A stretch of 51,740 nt of DNA from a virus (IMGVR_UViG_3300044940_000294:1-51740); one strand, 5' to 3'; shown: positions 27,101 to 37,518, numbered from the stretch's first letter. The notes: a model not told the origin generated them from the sequence alone. Numbers and translations are program-made.

Positions 27101-29426
27101 ATCACACGCAGAAGTTGTAAAAGGAGAGGTGATGACCTTAGACGACTTCATTAACAAGATACGTTTAGGTGTGTGGAAAGATGCTGTTTTAAAGGCACGA
27201 GCAGTACGGGTACATGATTACGAAAGGTATCAAAAAATAATTAAGCCAAGTATGCCTTGTGTGGCGTTTGGAGTATTCTCACGTAGAGAGGATAAATCTC
27301 TACAAGAGCATGCGGGCGTAATTTGCGTTGATTTTGACCCCAAAGACAACCCTGATTTATTGATACCTGAAAAGTTTGAGGCTATCAAACAGCAATTAGG
27401 CATTGATAAGTATTCAATGTATGTAGTCAATTCCTTATCAGGAGTTGGTTTGTTTGTCATTGTTAAAATCAACGGCAATAAGCACCGAGAAAGTTTTGAG
27501 GGCTTACGCAACTACTATTACAATGAATACGGCTTAATCATGGACAGTTCGGGGGGCAACGTATCAAAGCCAAGATGTGTAACTTACGATAATGCTATTT
27601 ATGCAAATGAAAATGCTGTTTTATTTAAAAACTACCTAAAGGTAGAAAAGATTAAGGTACAGCCAATTGTTTACAGTGGACATGATTTAGACTTTGTTTT
27701 AAGGCAAATTAGAGAAAAGGGGATTGATTTAACAGCTCCAACGGCTACCCAAAATGGGTATCAACGGTGGTTAAATATAGGCTTTGCATTTGCCCACAAA
27801 TACGGGGAGGGGGGTAGAGATTACTTTCATGCCGTTTCTTCAATGAGCCCGTTGTATGACTACGGGCAATGTCAACGACAATACAACTCTATTTTGAAGC
27901 ATAAAGGGAGTGGCAATCAAATAACCATAGCGACATTCTTTGCCTATTGTAAAGAGGCAGGTATTGAATTGACCACTGAAAAGACAGGCGAAATTAAAAC
28001 GGCAGCTATTCAGGCTAAGAAGTCTAAAAGAACAAAGGAAAGTGTTGTTGATATGCTTTTGGAGCTAAATGTCATATCAGAAGATGAAAGAAATTTAGCT
28101 GAAGACATTACTAATCAAGTGTATAGCTTGAATAATGAGCAATTAAAAGACGAGAGGTCTATGATTGCAAGGTTACAACACTACATTCGTGCTAATTGGA
28201 AAATACGTAGAAACGAAATTACCAATTATTACGAAATACAAGACCACAATGGGAAGTACAGACCATTGGAGAAAGAGGACTACAATAATATTTACATCAA
28301 TGCCAAAATAGTAGTTGATATTCAAGTAAAAAAAGAAGATGTAAAGAGTATTATAGAAAACAGTGATACTCCTTCGCACCACCCTATTCTGTCATTTATC
28401 AACTCCAATAAAACACTTAATCCAAAGGGCTACATTGACCAAGTAATTGACTGTTTAGGCTATGAAGAGCCTACACGTAAAATTAATGGCAAAGAGATGT
28501 CTTATAGGGAGTTTATGCGTTACTTTTTTGTGAAATGGTACGTTGGTATAATAAAAAGCATAGAAAAAGAACACAACCCTATGTTCTTAGTCTTTGCAGG
28601 ACCCATTAACATAGGTAAAACAAGATTTTTTAGGGGACTATTGCCAGAAGAATTGTCGGATTATTTTGCTGAGAGTGATTTCTCTGAAAAGAAAGATGAC
28701 AAAATATTGATGTCTAAGAAGTTGATTATTTATTGCGACGAAATGGACGGCATCAATGGAGATAGTGCGGAGTCACAAAGAAAATTTAAAGCCATGACTG
28801 AATACAAAAAGATTACCCAAAGGGTGGTTTATGGAGATAAATCTACTGATATGTTACGTTTGGCTACTTTGTGTGGGAGTTCTAATGATACAGACTTATT
28901 GAAAGACCCACATGGTAATAGACGTATATTACCGTTTAAGATAAAAAGTATTGATTTAGAAAGGTATGAAAAGATAGACAAAACAAATTTGTTTATGGAA
29001 ATATACCAACTTTCTAAGACCATGCCAAAGTGGTACATGACACCTGAAGACGTTGAATTATTGGCGAAGTGGACTAAGGAGTTCAAAGCCCCTGATAAGG
29101 CAGTAGATTTGATTGAACACTATTTTAGGATACCACAAGGGGATGAACCAAGGTTATATTTGAGCAGTACCATGATCCAAGCCTATATTGAAAAGTCATC
29201 GGGCATGAAATTGACATCAAAGAGTATTGGTTCAACCTTACAAAGAATGGGGTTTAAGTGTGGTACGATACGCATACAGCAAGAAACAGGCTTAGGTAGT
29301 TTCAAAGATTTGCAGAATTATTACCAAGTGGTAGAGAACCATAAAAACCCTCAAATCATACCAATTAAATGTTACAGAGATGAAAAAGGGGAGCCAATCA
29401 GCTATACATCAGACGACTTTAATTAG
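27081..29426 (+). CDS. VirE-family primase-helicase (VirE N-terminal, PriCT-2, P-loop)
   Basis: GVICVDFD...S.SG.G; Y..WLNIGFA (PriCT-2); GPINIGKT, IYCDE, GNRR. Confidence 0.88.
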   Translation: MAVTYYKSHAEVVKGEVMTLDDFINKIRLGVWKDAVLKARAVRVHDYERYQKIIKPSMPCVAFGVFSRREDKSLQEHAGVICVDFDPKDNPDLLIPEKFEAIKQQLGIDKYSMYVVNSLSGVGLFVIVKINGNKHRESFEGLRNYYYNEYGLIMDSSGGNVSKPRCVTYDNAIYANENAVLFKNYLKVEKIKVQPIVYSGHDLDFVLRQIREKGIDLTAPTATQNGYQRWLNIGFAFAHKYGEGGRDYFHAVSSMSPLYDYGQCQRQYNSILKHKGSGNQITIATFFAYCKEAGIELTTEKTGEIKTAAIQAKKSKRTKESVVDMLLELNVISEDERNLAEDITNQVYSLNNEQLKDERSMIARLQHYIRANWKIRRNEITNYYEIQDHNGKYRPLEKEDYNNIYINAKIVVDIQVKKEDVKSIIENSDTPSHHPILSFINSNKTLNPKGYIDQVIDCLGYEEPTRKINGKEMSYREFMRYFFVKWYVGIIKSIEKEHNPMFLVFAGPINIGKTRFFRGLLPEELSDYFAESDFSEKKDDKILMSKKLIIYCDEMDGINGDSAESQRKFKAMTEYKKITQRVVYGDKSTDMLRLATLCGSSNDTDLLKDPHGNRRILPFKIKSIDLERYEKIDKTNLFMEIYQLSKTMPKWYMTPEDVELLAKWTKEFKAPDKAVDLIEHYFRIPQGDEPRLYLSSTMIQAYIEKSSGMKLTSKSIGSTLQRMGFKCGTIRIQQETGLGSFKDLQNYYQVVENHKNPQIIPIKCYRDEKGEPISYTSDDFN

Positions 29427-29865
29427 TGAGGATAGGCTGCAACAGGATTGTGCTATGTGGTTTAAGAACACCTACAAGCATTTTGCAAAGGCTTTTTACA
29501 TGATAAACAACGCAGGTACAAAGACCAAAGTAAGGGCAGCACAAGACAAGGCAATGGGTATTACAAGGGGAGTCCCCGACACGCATTTAGTTGTACCAAG
29601 AGGTGGTTATCATAGTTTGTTTGTAGAGTTCAAAGTAGGTAAGAATGTACTAAGCCCCGAACAGAAAGCAACAAAGGCATTTTTTGAGAGTTTGGGGCAT
29701 AAAGTAGTGGTTTGTTACAGTTTACAAGAGTTTCAGGAGGCAATCGTGAGTTATTTATTCCCTTATCACGAGGCGAGATTAGTAGTAAGACAAGGAGAAG
29801 ATGTTTGTTTTTTAAACCCTCAATTTGAAGTATGTACGAACAAATTAATTTTCAGGAGTTGGTAG
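29380..29865 (+). CDS. VRR-NUC nuclease
   Basis: SEDRLQ...MG...GVPD...FVEFK...SPEQK. Confidence 0.85.
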   Translation: MKKGSQSAIHQTTLISEDRLQQDCAMWFKNTYKHFAKAFYMINNAGTKTKVRAAQDKAMGITRGVPDTHLVVPRGGYHSLFVEFKVGKNVLSPEQKATKAFFESLGHKVVVCYSLQEFQEAIVSYLFPYHEARLVVRQGEDVCFLNPQFEVCTNKLIFRSW

Positions 29866-30446
29866 AACAGTGCCACAATGCAGCAAAGGCAAAAGGATTT
29901 TGGGAGGTAGAGAGAAATATTGGTGAGGCAAAGGCATTAATTATTAGCGAATTGTGCGAGGCATTAGAGGCTGCACGTAAGGGGAAGTACACGAATAAAA
30001 AAGTGTATGCAGATATAGTTTTTCTACATCTTAATAATGATGAAGAATTTGTAGCCTATTTTAAAGAACACATCAAAGACACCGTAGAGGACGAGTTGGC
30101 AGATACGATTATTAGGACTTTTGATTATATCGGTGGTTTCTTTGCGCCAACAAAAGAGTTGGCAATGCCTACTTGTAAAGGACTTGAGCCTAGTCAAGAG
30201 GAAATGAGTGTAAATTTTTGCAATATCTTAAAATATCACCAAAATAAGCCTAAAAAAGAAATAGAAAACATAGGTGAATCCATTTACGATGCAATAGCTA
30301 TGCTTATTCAGTTTGATGCCCCTATCTATTTTTTAACTAATGTTTTTATGTTGGCAAAAGAATTAGAAGTTCCTATTTTGTTTCACATACAAGCCAAGTT
30401 ACGGTACAATAGCACAAGACCACAAAAGCATGGTAAACAGTTCTAA
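29832..30446 (+). CDS. MazG-like NTP pyrophosphohydrolase
   Basis: KGFW...LIISELCEALEA...EDELADTIIR...YN.TRP.KHGK. Confidence 0.8.
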   Translation: MYEQINFQELVEQCHNAAKAKGFWEVERNIGEAKALIISELCEALEAARKGKYTNKKVYADIVFLHLNNDEEFVAYFKEHIKDTVEDELADTIIRTFDYIGGFFAPTKELAMPTCKGLEPSQEEMSVNFCNILKYHQNKPKKEIENIGESIYDAIAMLIQFDAPIYFLTNVFMLAKELEVPILFHIQAKLRYNSTRPQKHGKQF

Positions 30447-30528
30447 ACTTTAATTACAATAGGAACAAAAAAGAGTATTTACAAGATTTTAGTAGCCAAA
30501 ATATTAATGTAATCTAAGAACACACCAC

Positions 30529-31017
30529 TTACAAATCCGTAAGTGGTATGTTCTTTTTTAAAAAATATTCTTTTGCCTTAAAGACTAACCCTTTGATAGC
30601 TGGTACAGACTTATTTGTCAATTTACCAACTTCTTCATAGCTATATTCAAAAACATATAGCAATATGAATATCTTTTGTGTTTCGTTTGGTAATTCTTTG
30701 AGTGCCATTAGCCTATCACTAAGGGCTGTTTGTACGTCTGTAATACCTATTTTTTTAGCCTCTTTCAAGTCTATATGAGCTACTCTTAAATTTCGCTTTG
30801 CGTGGTAGTCATATACCAAGTTTTTAGCAATGGTCGTAAGCCACGCCCTTATAGGCGTACCGTTTTCTTTGTAAGTAGGTAAATGTCTTATAGCTCGCAC
30901 AAAAGTATCTTGTGTCAAGTCATTGGCTACATCAACGTCTCGCACCCTATTGTAACAATAAGTGTGTATGTAGTTGTATAAGCCTATTATCTCTTTCAAG
31001 TGTGGGTTTTCTACCAT
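30529..31017 (-). CDS. ECF-type sigma-70 factor
   Basis: Region 2 ANDLTQDTFVRA...WLTTIAKN; region 4 YSYEEVG.....V..IKG..FKAK. Confidence 0.9.
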   Translation of the reverse strand: MVENPHLKEIIGLYNYIHTYCYNRVRDVDVANDLTQDTFVRAIRHLPTYKENGTPIRAWLTTIAKNLVYDYHAKRNLRVAHIDLKEAKKIGITDVQTALSDRLMALKELPNETQKIFILLYVFEYSYEEVGKLTNKSVPAIKGLVFKAKEYFLKKNIPLTDL

Positions 31018-31210
31018 AGCTATTTGAGTTTGACTACATAAGTGGCTACATTAAAGGCTAAGTATGTTTGTTCTGTTATCGAAAGTGGTCTAAGTTCGTA
31101 TGTATGCGGTAATGCCTTCATGTTAGCTATTTGACTTTATGTAACAGGCATAACTGATAGCCCGTCATAAGCTATACGGCTAATAAATTGGAGTTTTTTT
31201 GGGTGTTTTT

Positions 31211-31864
31211 TCATATCCACAAGTCAATAATAGGTAATTTAGGGAATGTATGTTCAAAATAAGTAGCCTCCTCTAAGGGCATTTCAGGTAGGTTATTAGG
31301 TACCTCCAAACTTTCGCACACAAAGCCCAAATCATGCAAGTATTCCACTATTTCATTGGCTCTCCCTACAAAGTCAATGATTTGGTCATATCTTTTGTGC
31401 AAGATGTGGGCAAGGTGTAACCGTACACCGATAAATTCCTCCTCCCGATAACGGTATTCAATGGTATAGTCCGTAAAGTAATTATTTGCCACCAACAACT
31501 TTTCGTACAAAGCTGCATAGTCAAACGAACCACCATTAGCGAAGTCATCAAAATTATCAAAGGATTGTAAGGGCTTTTGCGTGTAAATGGTTTCACTACC
31601 GATAATTTGAGAATATTTGACTGTAAAAGTCTTTTCACAAATCGCCAAAATGATAGGTTTCCTACGTGGATAGGCTTTTTCTATGTGGGCAAATTTTCTG
31701 TTCTTAATTTTCACTTCTTTGTATTCAACCCATAAGGGGTCTTGGTAGTCGTGAAACCTTGTAGCTGTTTGAGCCACAGGAACATCTTTGTAAAGGATAG
31801 GCAGCTTTACGTTGTCATCTTTGACAATAAAGCCTTTTAAGGTAAATAATAAGGTCGCTAACAT
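31211..31864 (-). CDS. hypothetical protein
   Basis: ORF with its own palindrome/promoter (31887-31921) and leader motif. Confidence 0.7.
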   Translation of the reverse strand: MLATLLFTLKGFIVKDDNVKLPILYKDVPVAQTATRFHDYQDPLWVEYKEVKIKNRKFAHIEKAYPRRKPIILAICEKTFTVKYSQIIGSETIYTQKPLQSFDNFDDFANGGSFDYAALYEKLLVANNYFTDYTIEYRYREEEFIGVRLHLAHILHKRYDQIIDFVGRANEIVEYLHDLGFVCESLEVPNNLPEMPLEEATYFEHTFPKLPIIDLWI

Positions 31865-31993
31865 AGTAGTATTATTGTTATGTCAGCAAAAATAAACTTT
31901 ATTTTTGAAATAAAAAATAAGTAATTTGTTTTTTCAATAAAATATTAGTATTTTTGATAATCCAAAACATATAAGGTTAAATATTCAGTCCCA

Positions 31994-32020
31994 AAGCTCA
32001 TTACTCTTAGTAGTGAGTTT
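31994..32020 (-). terminator. terminator of the head-tail operon
   Basis: AAGCTCATTACT-CTT-AGTAGTGAGTTT hairpin right after the frameshift ORF stop. Confidence 0.55.
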
Positions 32021-32190
32021 TATTTTTTCTTTCTCAACTTCACGACTTCCTCCATTAACATAATCAATTCCTCAGCACGCATTAATTTTAGTTCGGTTAG
32101 ACTAACTAAAATGCCTTCTCCCATACCTGCGCCCCAAGCAATGTTTGACAATAACACCACTAACGGCGTGCAAGTGGGAAGAAAAAATTT
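32020..32190 (-). CDS. -1 frameshift extension (GT-type) of the tail assembly chaperone
   Basis: Slippery A AAT TTT TTC at 32190-32181; the -1 frame stays open for 56 codons to TAA at 32022-32020. Confidence 0.7.
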   Translation of the reverse strand, partial: KFFLPTCTPLVVLLSNIAWGAGMGEGILVSLTELKLMRAEELIMLMEEVVKLRKKK

Positions 32191-32855
32191 GGCTCTTTCG
32201 CAAGGTCTATAAAGGCTGTTTCGCCTGTATCGGGATTAGTCAATTTAGCCCTTGTGTCAATACTGCCCTCTGCCCTTTGCAACAACTCTACTAAGTCCAA
32301 ATAGTCATCAGCAGTTAGTTTGTTGGTTTCCAAACTCACATAATTGCCGTCCTCTCTTTTGTACCTTAGTTTATACCGTTCTTGAATATCCTTACTTTTT
32401 TCACCAATGCTTGCCAAACAATACTCGACTTCTTTGCCCAAATCTTGTAAAAAAAACGTCTTGGCAGCCAATACTTCTTTGTAGCTTGTAACCGTTGCTT
32501 TGTCTTCGCTTGCACCATTCAAGTAAGTAATAGCAAAGCCTTTGGGGTCAATAGGTATCTCAAAGTTATACTCTTTCGTCCCCCACGAATAAGTCAAAGT
32601 TATGGTATTTCGCCTTGCAAATGACAAATTTCTCATAGCAATCATAATTGCCGTACAGTCCGTTTGGGTGAGTTGTTTGATGTGTTCCTTATTTACAGTA
32701 GTGTTTGTTCCTATTTTGACTACTCTTTTAGCCAAAATTTGCAGCATTTTTTCCTCATTGGTAATGCCACTGCTTTGTAGCAAATCAAAATCCTCGCCTA
32801 TAAATGGTGTAACCGTACAGGCTACACCACTTGGTAATACAAATTCTTTTTCCAT
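32160..32855 (-). CDS. tail assembly chaperone
   Basis: Follows the tail tube gene; FVLPSG start; ends NFFFP over the slippery site. Confidence 0.7.
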   Translation of the reverse strand: MEKEFVLPSGVACTVTPFIGEDFDLLQSSGITNEEKMLQILAKRVVKIGTNTTVNKEHIKQLTQTDCTAIMIAMRNLSFARRNTITLTYSWGTKEYNFEIPIDPKGFAITYLNGASEDKATVTSYKEVLAAKTFFLQDLGKEVEYCLASIGEKSKDIQERYKLRYKREDGNYVSLETNKLTADDYLDLVELLQRAEGSIDTRAKLTNPDTGETAFIDLAKEPNFFFPLARR

Positions 32856-32856
32856 T

Positions 32857-33279
32857 TTAGCCTAATGTTACGGTGTAATCTCGAACTTGTAAAGTAATAG
32901 TTTCCATTAAAAATTCTGTACCCTCGTCTTTATACACCAAATTGTCAATAGCTGTTTTGCTTACAAAACACTCTTGTAGTTCGTATTTGCGAGTTATTTT
33001 CCCTTCAAGGTCTGTTAATTCAAAGATAACTAATCTCTTATCGCCTTTGATGAGCCAATCGTGGAAAAAATTGTCTTTTAGCACTAATCCTTTGACTTCT
33101 GCCTCACCTACTTTTATTTTAGTGGGGACTTTTACATCTGGTAAAATACCTGCACCATACCTTGCTACACTTTTTTCTTTGTCAGGGATTTTGAACTCTT
33201 GACATTGACCTGCTTTCAATCCATCTATGCGGAGTTGCCAAGCATATTTTAATTGTGCGTTTAATGCCTCTTGTGCCAT
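32857..33279 (-). CDS. tail tube protein (gp19-like)
   Basis: 140 aa after the sheath; KYELQECFVSK...L...ETITLQV. Confidence 0.8.
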   Translation of the reverse strand: MAQEALNAQLKYAWQLRIDGLKAGQCQEFKIPDKEKSVARYGAGILPDVKVPTKIKVGEAEVKGLVLKDNFFHDWLIKGDKRLVIFELTDLEGKITRKYELQECFVSKTAIDNLVYKDEGTEFLMETITLQVRDYTVTLG

Positions 33280-33280
33280 G

Positions 33281-34759
33281 TTATGAAATAGTTATATTGC
33301 CTGAAACATTGGTAATTGTAATGGTGATTTCTTCCGCAGCGGGGGTAGGTTGTACTACCACTTGCACCCTGTAAATGCCCGAAGTAATATCAGCTGCCGT
33401 ATTGTAAATCAAATCGGCTAAGGTTTGGGCATCTTGGTCGCCGTTCCACTTATAGGCGTAAATTGCCTCTCTTGCTAACAAGTCATCAAAGAACAATCTA
33501 CCCTCTTGGTACATAGGTTGCCACAAAGCCGTTTGCGTGTTCTGCCTACGTTTGTATTTGGCAGCCAACGTAAACAAGTATCTTTGCATAGCAATAATAT
33601 TGTCCGAAACATTTTCAAACTTCAAATTAGAAGTCCTGTCAAGGTGCAAACTATTATTACCGTCATACATAATTACTCCGTCTGTATTGGTAATAAGGTT
33701 TATACCCTCTCGGTTGATGTCGTTATAGTCATCACCTTCAAAGTTTTGCACGACATCAATTACATTCGAAAATGTACCGAAATTGACTTGTGCAGCCGAT
33801 AAAAATACGCCTACTCTATCTTTTGCCCCAATAGAACCCGCCACGTCGCCACCTGCTAAAAGTTGAATGGTTCTGTTCGCATTGTAAGGGTGTTTTACCT
33901 TAATACCACCACCTACTAACCTTGCTTGGTACGCATTGATTTTTGAGCCTGTGTAAGGGGCTGTTCTACGTCTATACGCCACAAAGTTAGCTTTGCCTTG
34001 TACGGAGTTTGGAATAAACAAATGCACTGTTTTATTTGTGTTCTTGACATATTGCACAAATGCGTCATCTAAACTTGGATTAGGGAACAACTGCAATAAA
34101 CGGGGTGCAAAAGATTTAACTTTGCTAAAATGCTGTACGCCGTCTATGTAGTCTTGGGCTACTACTGTAGTAATGTCTTTTTCGCCACCCACTAATGTAA
34201 CCGTTTCAACTTCCAAAGTTGTGCCGCTGCTAATGTCAAAATCTACCAACTCAAAAGTTTGGTTGAGTTCCTCTACTTTGTCATTATCTAATGTTGCTGG
34301 TACATCATACACCGTTTGCGGAGTTGCACCAGCCAAAGTAACCGTAATATCAAATACGTTGGGTGTTTCTGATAGTGGGCTTGTGATAGCTACGATTGTA
34401 CCATTGTAGCCACTCCCTACGGTTTTAGCTGTAACCTTTACGCCGCTTGTTAAATTAACCGTAGCCTTTGTACCTTGTAAGGTGTTAGGTGCTAAAAAGT
34501 GGTGAACAGGGAACACCGTAAACGTGCAATTATTGGTTTGTAACCCTCTGTATATCTCTATGCCTTGGTTACTAATGATTTTCCCTAACTTTCTTTCAAA
34601 GTCAAGTGGCGTGTTCACATCATACGGTTCGTTAATAATGCCTCTCTCCGTAATTGCTTGCACAATGAAACGAGTTTTGAGAGCATTACTACCTACCGTT
34701 ACACTTTGGTCATCTACGTTTACCGTAATGCCTTTATTACTTGTGGTCGATACTATCAT
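33281..34759 (-). CDS. tail sheath protein
   Basis: TERG.IN.P....T..DFERK.G; LVGG; GINLI; C-terminal YRVQVVVQPTPAAEEITITI. Confidence 0.85.
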   Translation of the reverse strand: MIVSTTSNKGITVNVDDQSVTVGSNALKTRFIVQAITERGIINEPYDVNTPLDFERKLGKIISNQGIEIYRGLQTNNCTFTVFPVHHFLAPNTLQGTKATVNLTSGVKVTAKTVGSGYNGTIVAITSPLSETPNVFDITVTLAGATPQTVYDVPATLDNDKVEELNQTFELVDFDISSGTTLEVETVTLVGGEKDITTVVAQDYIDGVQHFSKVKSFAPRLLQLFPNPSLDDAFVQYVKNTNKTVHLFIPNSVQGKANFVAYRRRTAPYTGSKINAYQARLVGGGIKVKHPYNANRTIQLLAGGDVAGSIGAKDRVGVFLSAAQVNFGTFSNVIDVVQNFEGDDYNDINREGINLITNTDGVIMYDGNNSLHLDRTSNLKFENVSDNIIAMQRYLFTLAAKYKRRQNTQTALWQPMYQEGRLFFDDLLAREAIYAYKWNGDQDAQTLADLIYNTAADITSGIYRVQVVVQPTPAAEEITITITNVSGNITIS

Positions 34760-35391
34760 GGTTTTTCAATAATAACGTCTGTGTATATTTCTTCTGCTAA
34801 TGGAATATCCGTTGCAACTACTTTCTGCGAAGTGATATAGACGTTAGGCACCAAGTAACGGACATATCTATCGATAAACTTGTCCTCATTGTTTTGTCCT
34901 TCGTCTTGCTTTACATAGTGAAAGGAGCTTGTCGTTGGTGTACCGTTGTTATCGTACCCTTTTGCGTGCCCTTTTGTATCAAAAGTTTCCAATACCAAAG
35001 TTTCTATCAAATTATTCACACTTTGCTCCTCGCACACCCAAGAGACTTGAAACAAAATGTTTTGTGGTGCATTAGGGTACTTCATTTGTGAATATTTGCC
35101 GTTGGGTTGTAATTGATAGGTGTAGGCTTGTGGCGTGCCTATACTCCCCCTTTCGGTGTTCAACCTATCAATCACAATCTTGTTATTTTTCGTTTCGCCC
35201 CTTGCTTTGTAGTTGCCCACACCATACAACATAATGACAGGCTTGTTAGCTGCTCTAATTGCCTCTATTTGAGCCTTAAAAGTTGCTTGCGAGGTGTAAA
35301 CGGTTACATCAGGCAAATAACCGCCTTGCACTAAGGCAATGCGTAAAGCCTCAAATAAGCCGTTTTCTATCTGGTCAAGGGTGAAAAACAT
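34756..35391 (-). CDS. tail terminator / sheath-completion protein
   Basis: Size and position immediately upstream of the sheath gene. Confidence 0.55.
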   Translation of the reverse strand: MFFTLDQIENGLFEALRIALVQGGYLPDVTVYTSQATFKAQIEAIRAANKPVIMLYGVGNYKARGETKNNKIVIDRLNTERGSIGTPQAYTYQLQPNGKYSQMKYPNAPQNILFQVSWVCEEQSVNNLIETLVLETFDTKGHAKGYDNNGTPTTSSFHYVKQDEGQNNEDKFIDRYVRYLVPNVYITSQKVVATDIPLAEEIYTDVIIEKP

Positions 35392-35756
35392 TATTTTTTC
35401 AAAGATTTAAAGATTTTGCTCAACAAATGCGCTGAATAAAGCAAGTTCAACGTATGACTTGCAAATTCAGTAGCCACTGCTAATTTCTCTGTTTTTAGCC
35501 TGTAAGCAATATGATTGACTAATAGACTTTGTTCTTCGGGGTCAAGGTCTTTGATTTCCGCAGGAACAAATTTGATTGCTTGAATGATTGTCGGTAATTG
35601 TATCAAGGTACCAATGTACCCAACTGCCTCTAACAAAGTTACTTTGCTATCTTGCAAGTCTTTATTCAATTTACTTGCTAATTCAACGGCAAAATCTGCC
35701 ACTAATTGCAAGTTTTCAATACTTAATTTTTCGGTGTTTGGAGTTTGTTCTGTCAT
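35391..35756 (-). CDS. hypothetical protein in lysis cassette
   Basis: Coupled downstream of the endolysin candidate; amphipathic helices. Confidence 0.6.
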   Translation of the reverse strand: MTEQTPNTEKLSIENLQLVADFAVELASKLNKDLQDSKVTLLEAVGYIGTLIQLPTIIQAIKFVPAEIKDLDPEEQSLLVNHIAYRLKTEKLAVATEFASHTLNLLYSAHLLSKIFKSLKK

Positions 35757-36340
35757 AGTTCTTTCCCGTTTAATAAGGTGTATGTAAATCTATTGCCGAA
35801 AATTCGTGCAGACCTTTTGCACAAATTCATAAATATTTCAAAATCAAAACTATTTGCAAATACTTGACACCCTGCCGACCACTTATCAACTTCTACAGTA
35901 TCTCCGTTAAGGGCTGCTTGGTGTATATTGATACCAAAATTTCTCCCTTGCTGTATGGTATTATCTATCATGTCAAGGGCTGTATCTTTATTCCTATCAC
36001 GATAGATACGCACTAACCCGCGTTGCACTAATGCCTCGTATCTGCCTTGATGTAAGCCTATTTGATAAACACCTCGATATTGTCCTTCTACCAAAATAGC
36101 TGTACCGTTGGGATTCGTAGGATTAAGTAGCCAATACTTGCCTGGGTCTGTGGTAATGTCAAATACAATCGTATTTAGCACGCCTTTATACCACCAAAAA
36201 ACATAGAGTTTGTCATCAAAGGAGTTACTTTGTGTGTTTTCAGAACGTACACCAACAATATTCAGGTTATAGGGTTTGTCATCTTGCTCAAAGACCACGT
36301 AGCCCTTTCCTTTCATTGCACTTACAATTTTATCTGTCAT
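35753..36340 (-). CDS. putative endolysin (L,D-transpeptidase-like His/Cys motif)
   Basis: NIVGVR...FDD...TTDPG...GINIH...WSAGCQV; next to a two-TM holin candidate. Confidence 0.65.
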   Translation of the reverse strand: MTDKIVSAMKGKGYVVFEQDDKPYNLNIVGVRSENTQSNSFDDKLYVFWWYKGVLNTIVFDITTDPGKYWLLNPTNPNGTAILVEGQYRGVYQIGLHQGRYEALVQRGLVRIYRDRNKDTALDMIDNTIQQGRNFGINIHQAALNGDTVEVDKWSAGCQVFANSFDFEIFMNLCKRSARIFGNRFTYTLLNGKEL

Positions 36341-36618
36341 TTCTTTTCCTTAAATAAGTTGTTTGATACATGGACAAAAACAGTCAATATGACCCCTAAA
36401 ACCGTATTAATCATGCTATTACTATCACTGTTTAGGCTTTTAGGGTTAATAACTAAGCTAATGACTATAATACAGACTAATACTAAAATGCCTAACGCAT
36501 AGGCATAACGTAAAAAGTCTATCCTATTCAAGAACTCATAGAAATTCATAGGGGGCTTTTCACAACCTTCCCCCCTAATAGTTAGCTCTGTAGCCTCTGT
36601 TTCTATTTCTGCGTGCAT
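36337..36618 (-). CDS. holin candidate
   Basis: 93 aa, two TM helices, basic C-terminus, upstream of the endolysin candidate. Confidence 0.6.
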   Translation of the reverse strand: MHAEIETEATELTIRGEGCEKPPMNFYEFLNRIDFLRYAYALGILVLVCIIVISLVINPKSLNSDSNSMINTVLGVILTVFVHVSNNLFKEKK

Positions 36619-37085
36619 TACTTTTTTGGTCTTGGTTTTCTATTTGGCTTAGTCGTTTTAACCAAAATATTTGGCAAAATATCTTCGTGAATAGTATTAT
36701 ACACATTATCTATATTCCCTAACCACTGATAAACCGTTTGAGACAGGCTTTCAAATTTTGACTCTATCAACAATTCTTTCGCCTCAAATTTTTTTTGCAA
36801 CTCCTCCTGCTTATTTTCCAGCTTCTCAAACCTTGCATTGAAATTCTCAAAACCCTTTTCTAAGATGTGGTTCATTTCCGCCAAACTATCCCTTACCTCA
36901 AGTTGAAATTTTAAAAAATCATTGTCTATGCGGTTAGAATGGTTGTTAATCATTAGCTTGTTTTCAGCACGAATTTTCTTAGAAAATATCTGCATACTTG
37001 AAACCATAGCAAATGCACCAATTACCCCCGTGATAATTGCACCAACAATATTGTATTCTTTCAAAAAAGTGAATAATAACTCCAT
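36618..37085 (-). CDS. N-terminally anchored coiled-coil membrane protein (holin- or spanin-like)
   Basis: Single TM followed by a heptad-rich region. Confidence 0.5.
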   Translation of the reverse strand: MELLFTFLKEYNIVGAIITGVIGAFAMVSSMQIFSKKIRAENKLMINNHSNRIDNDFLKFQLEVRDSLAEMNHILEKGFENFNARFEKLENKQEELQKKFEAKELLIESKFESLSQTVYQWLGNIDNVYNTIHEDILPNILVKTTKPNRKPRPKK

Positions 37086-37095
37086 CTCTATTATC

Positions 37096-37518
37096 TTAGT
37101 TTAAAACTTTTCTTACCATACATTGTACTAATACACTATTTGCCCTATCTCTGTCAGGTCCCACTTCAATCGCCGATAATAATTCAAACCTTTCGCCTTT
37201 GTACTTCAAATAGTCTTTATTTGGATTCATTAAGATAATGCCGTTGTTATTAATCAATCCAACGGCTAACAAGTCTTGTACGTGAAAATAAATGCTTACC
37301 TCACCGTAATCGTATTTCCCTTGTTGGGTAATGGTTACTTGGCTGTTAGAATTGGTCGTATCAAAGACAACTAAGCCTAAGACTTCAAACTCAACGTATC
37401 CCATTGTACTTTCGGACTTCCCCCACCTACCCAAATTTTCTTGGGCTTGTTGGTAAGTTATCGGGAATTTAAAAAACTTATCCGTAACTCTTTTAAGTCG
37501 GTCGGTTATTGTAGCCAT
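37096..37518 (-). CDS. head closure / neck protein
   Basis: Position; DYLKYKGERFEL pattern typical of head-closure beta barrels. Confidence 0.6.
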   Translation of the reverse strand: MATITDRLKRVTDKFFKFPITYQQAQENLGRWGKSESTMGYVEFEVLGLVVFDTTNSNSQVTITQQGKYDYGEVSIYFHVQDLLAVGLINNNGIILMNPNKDYLKYKGERFELLSAIEVGPDRDRANSVLVQCMVRKVLN

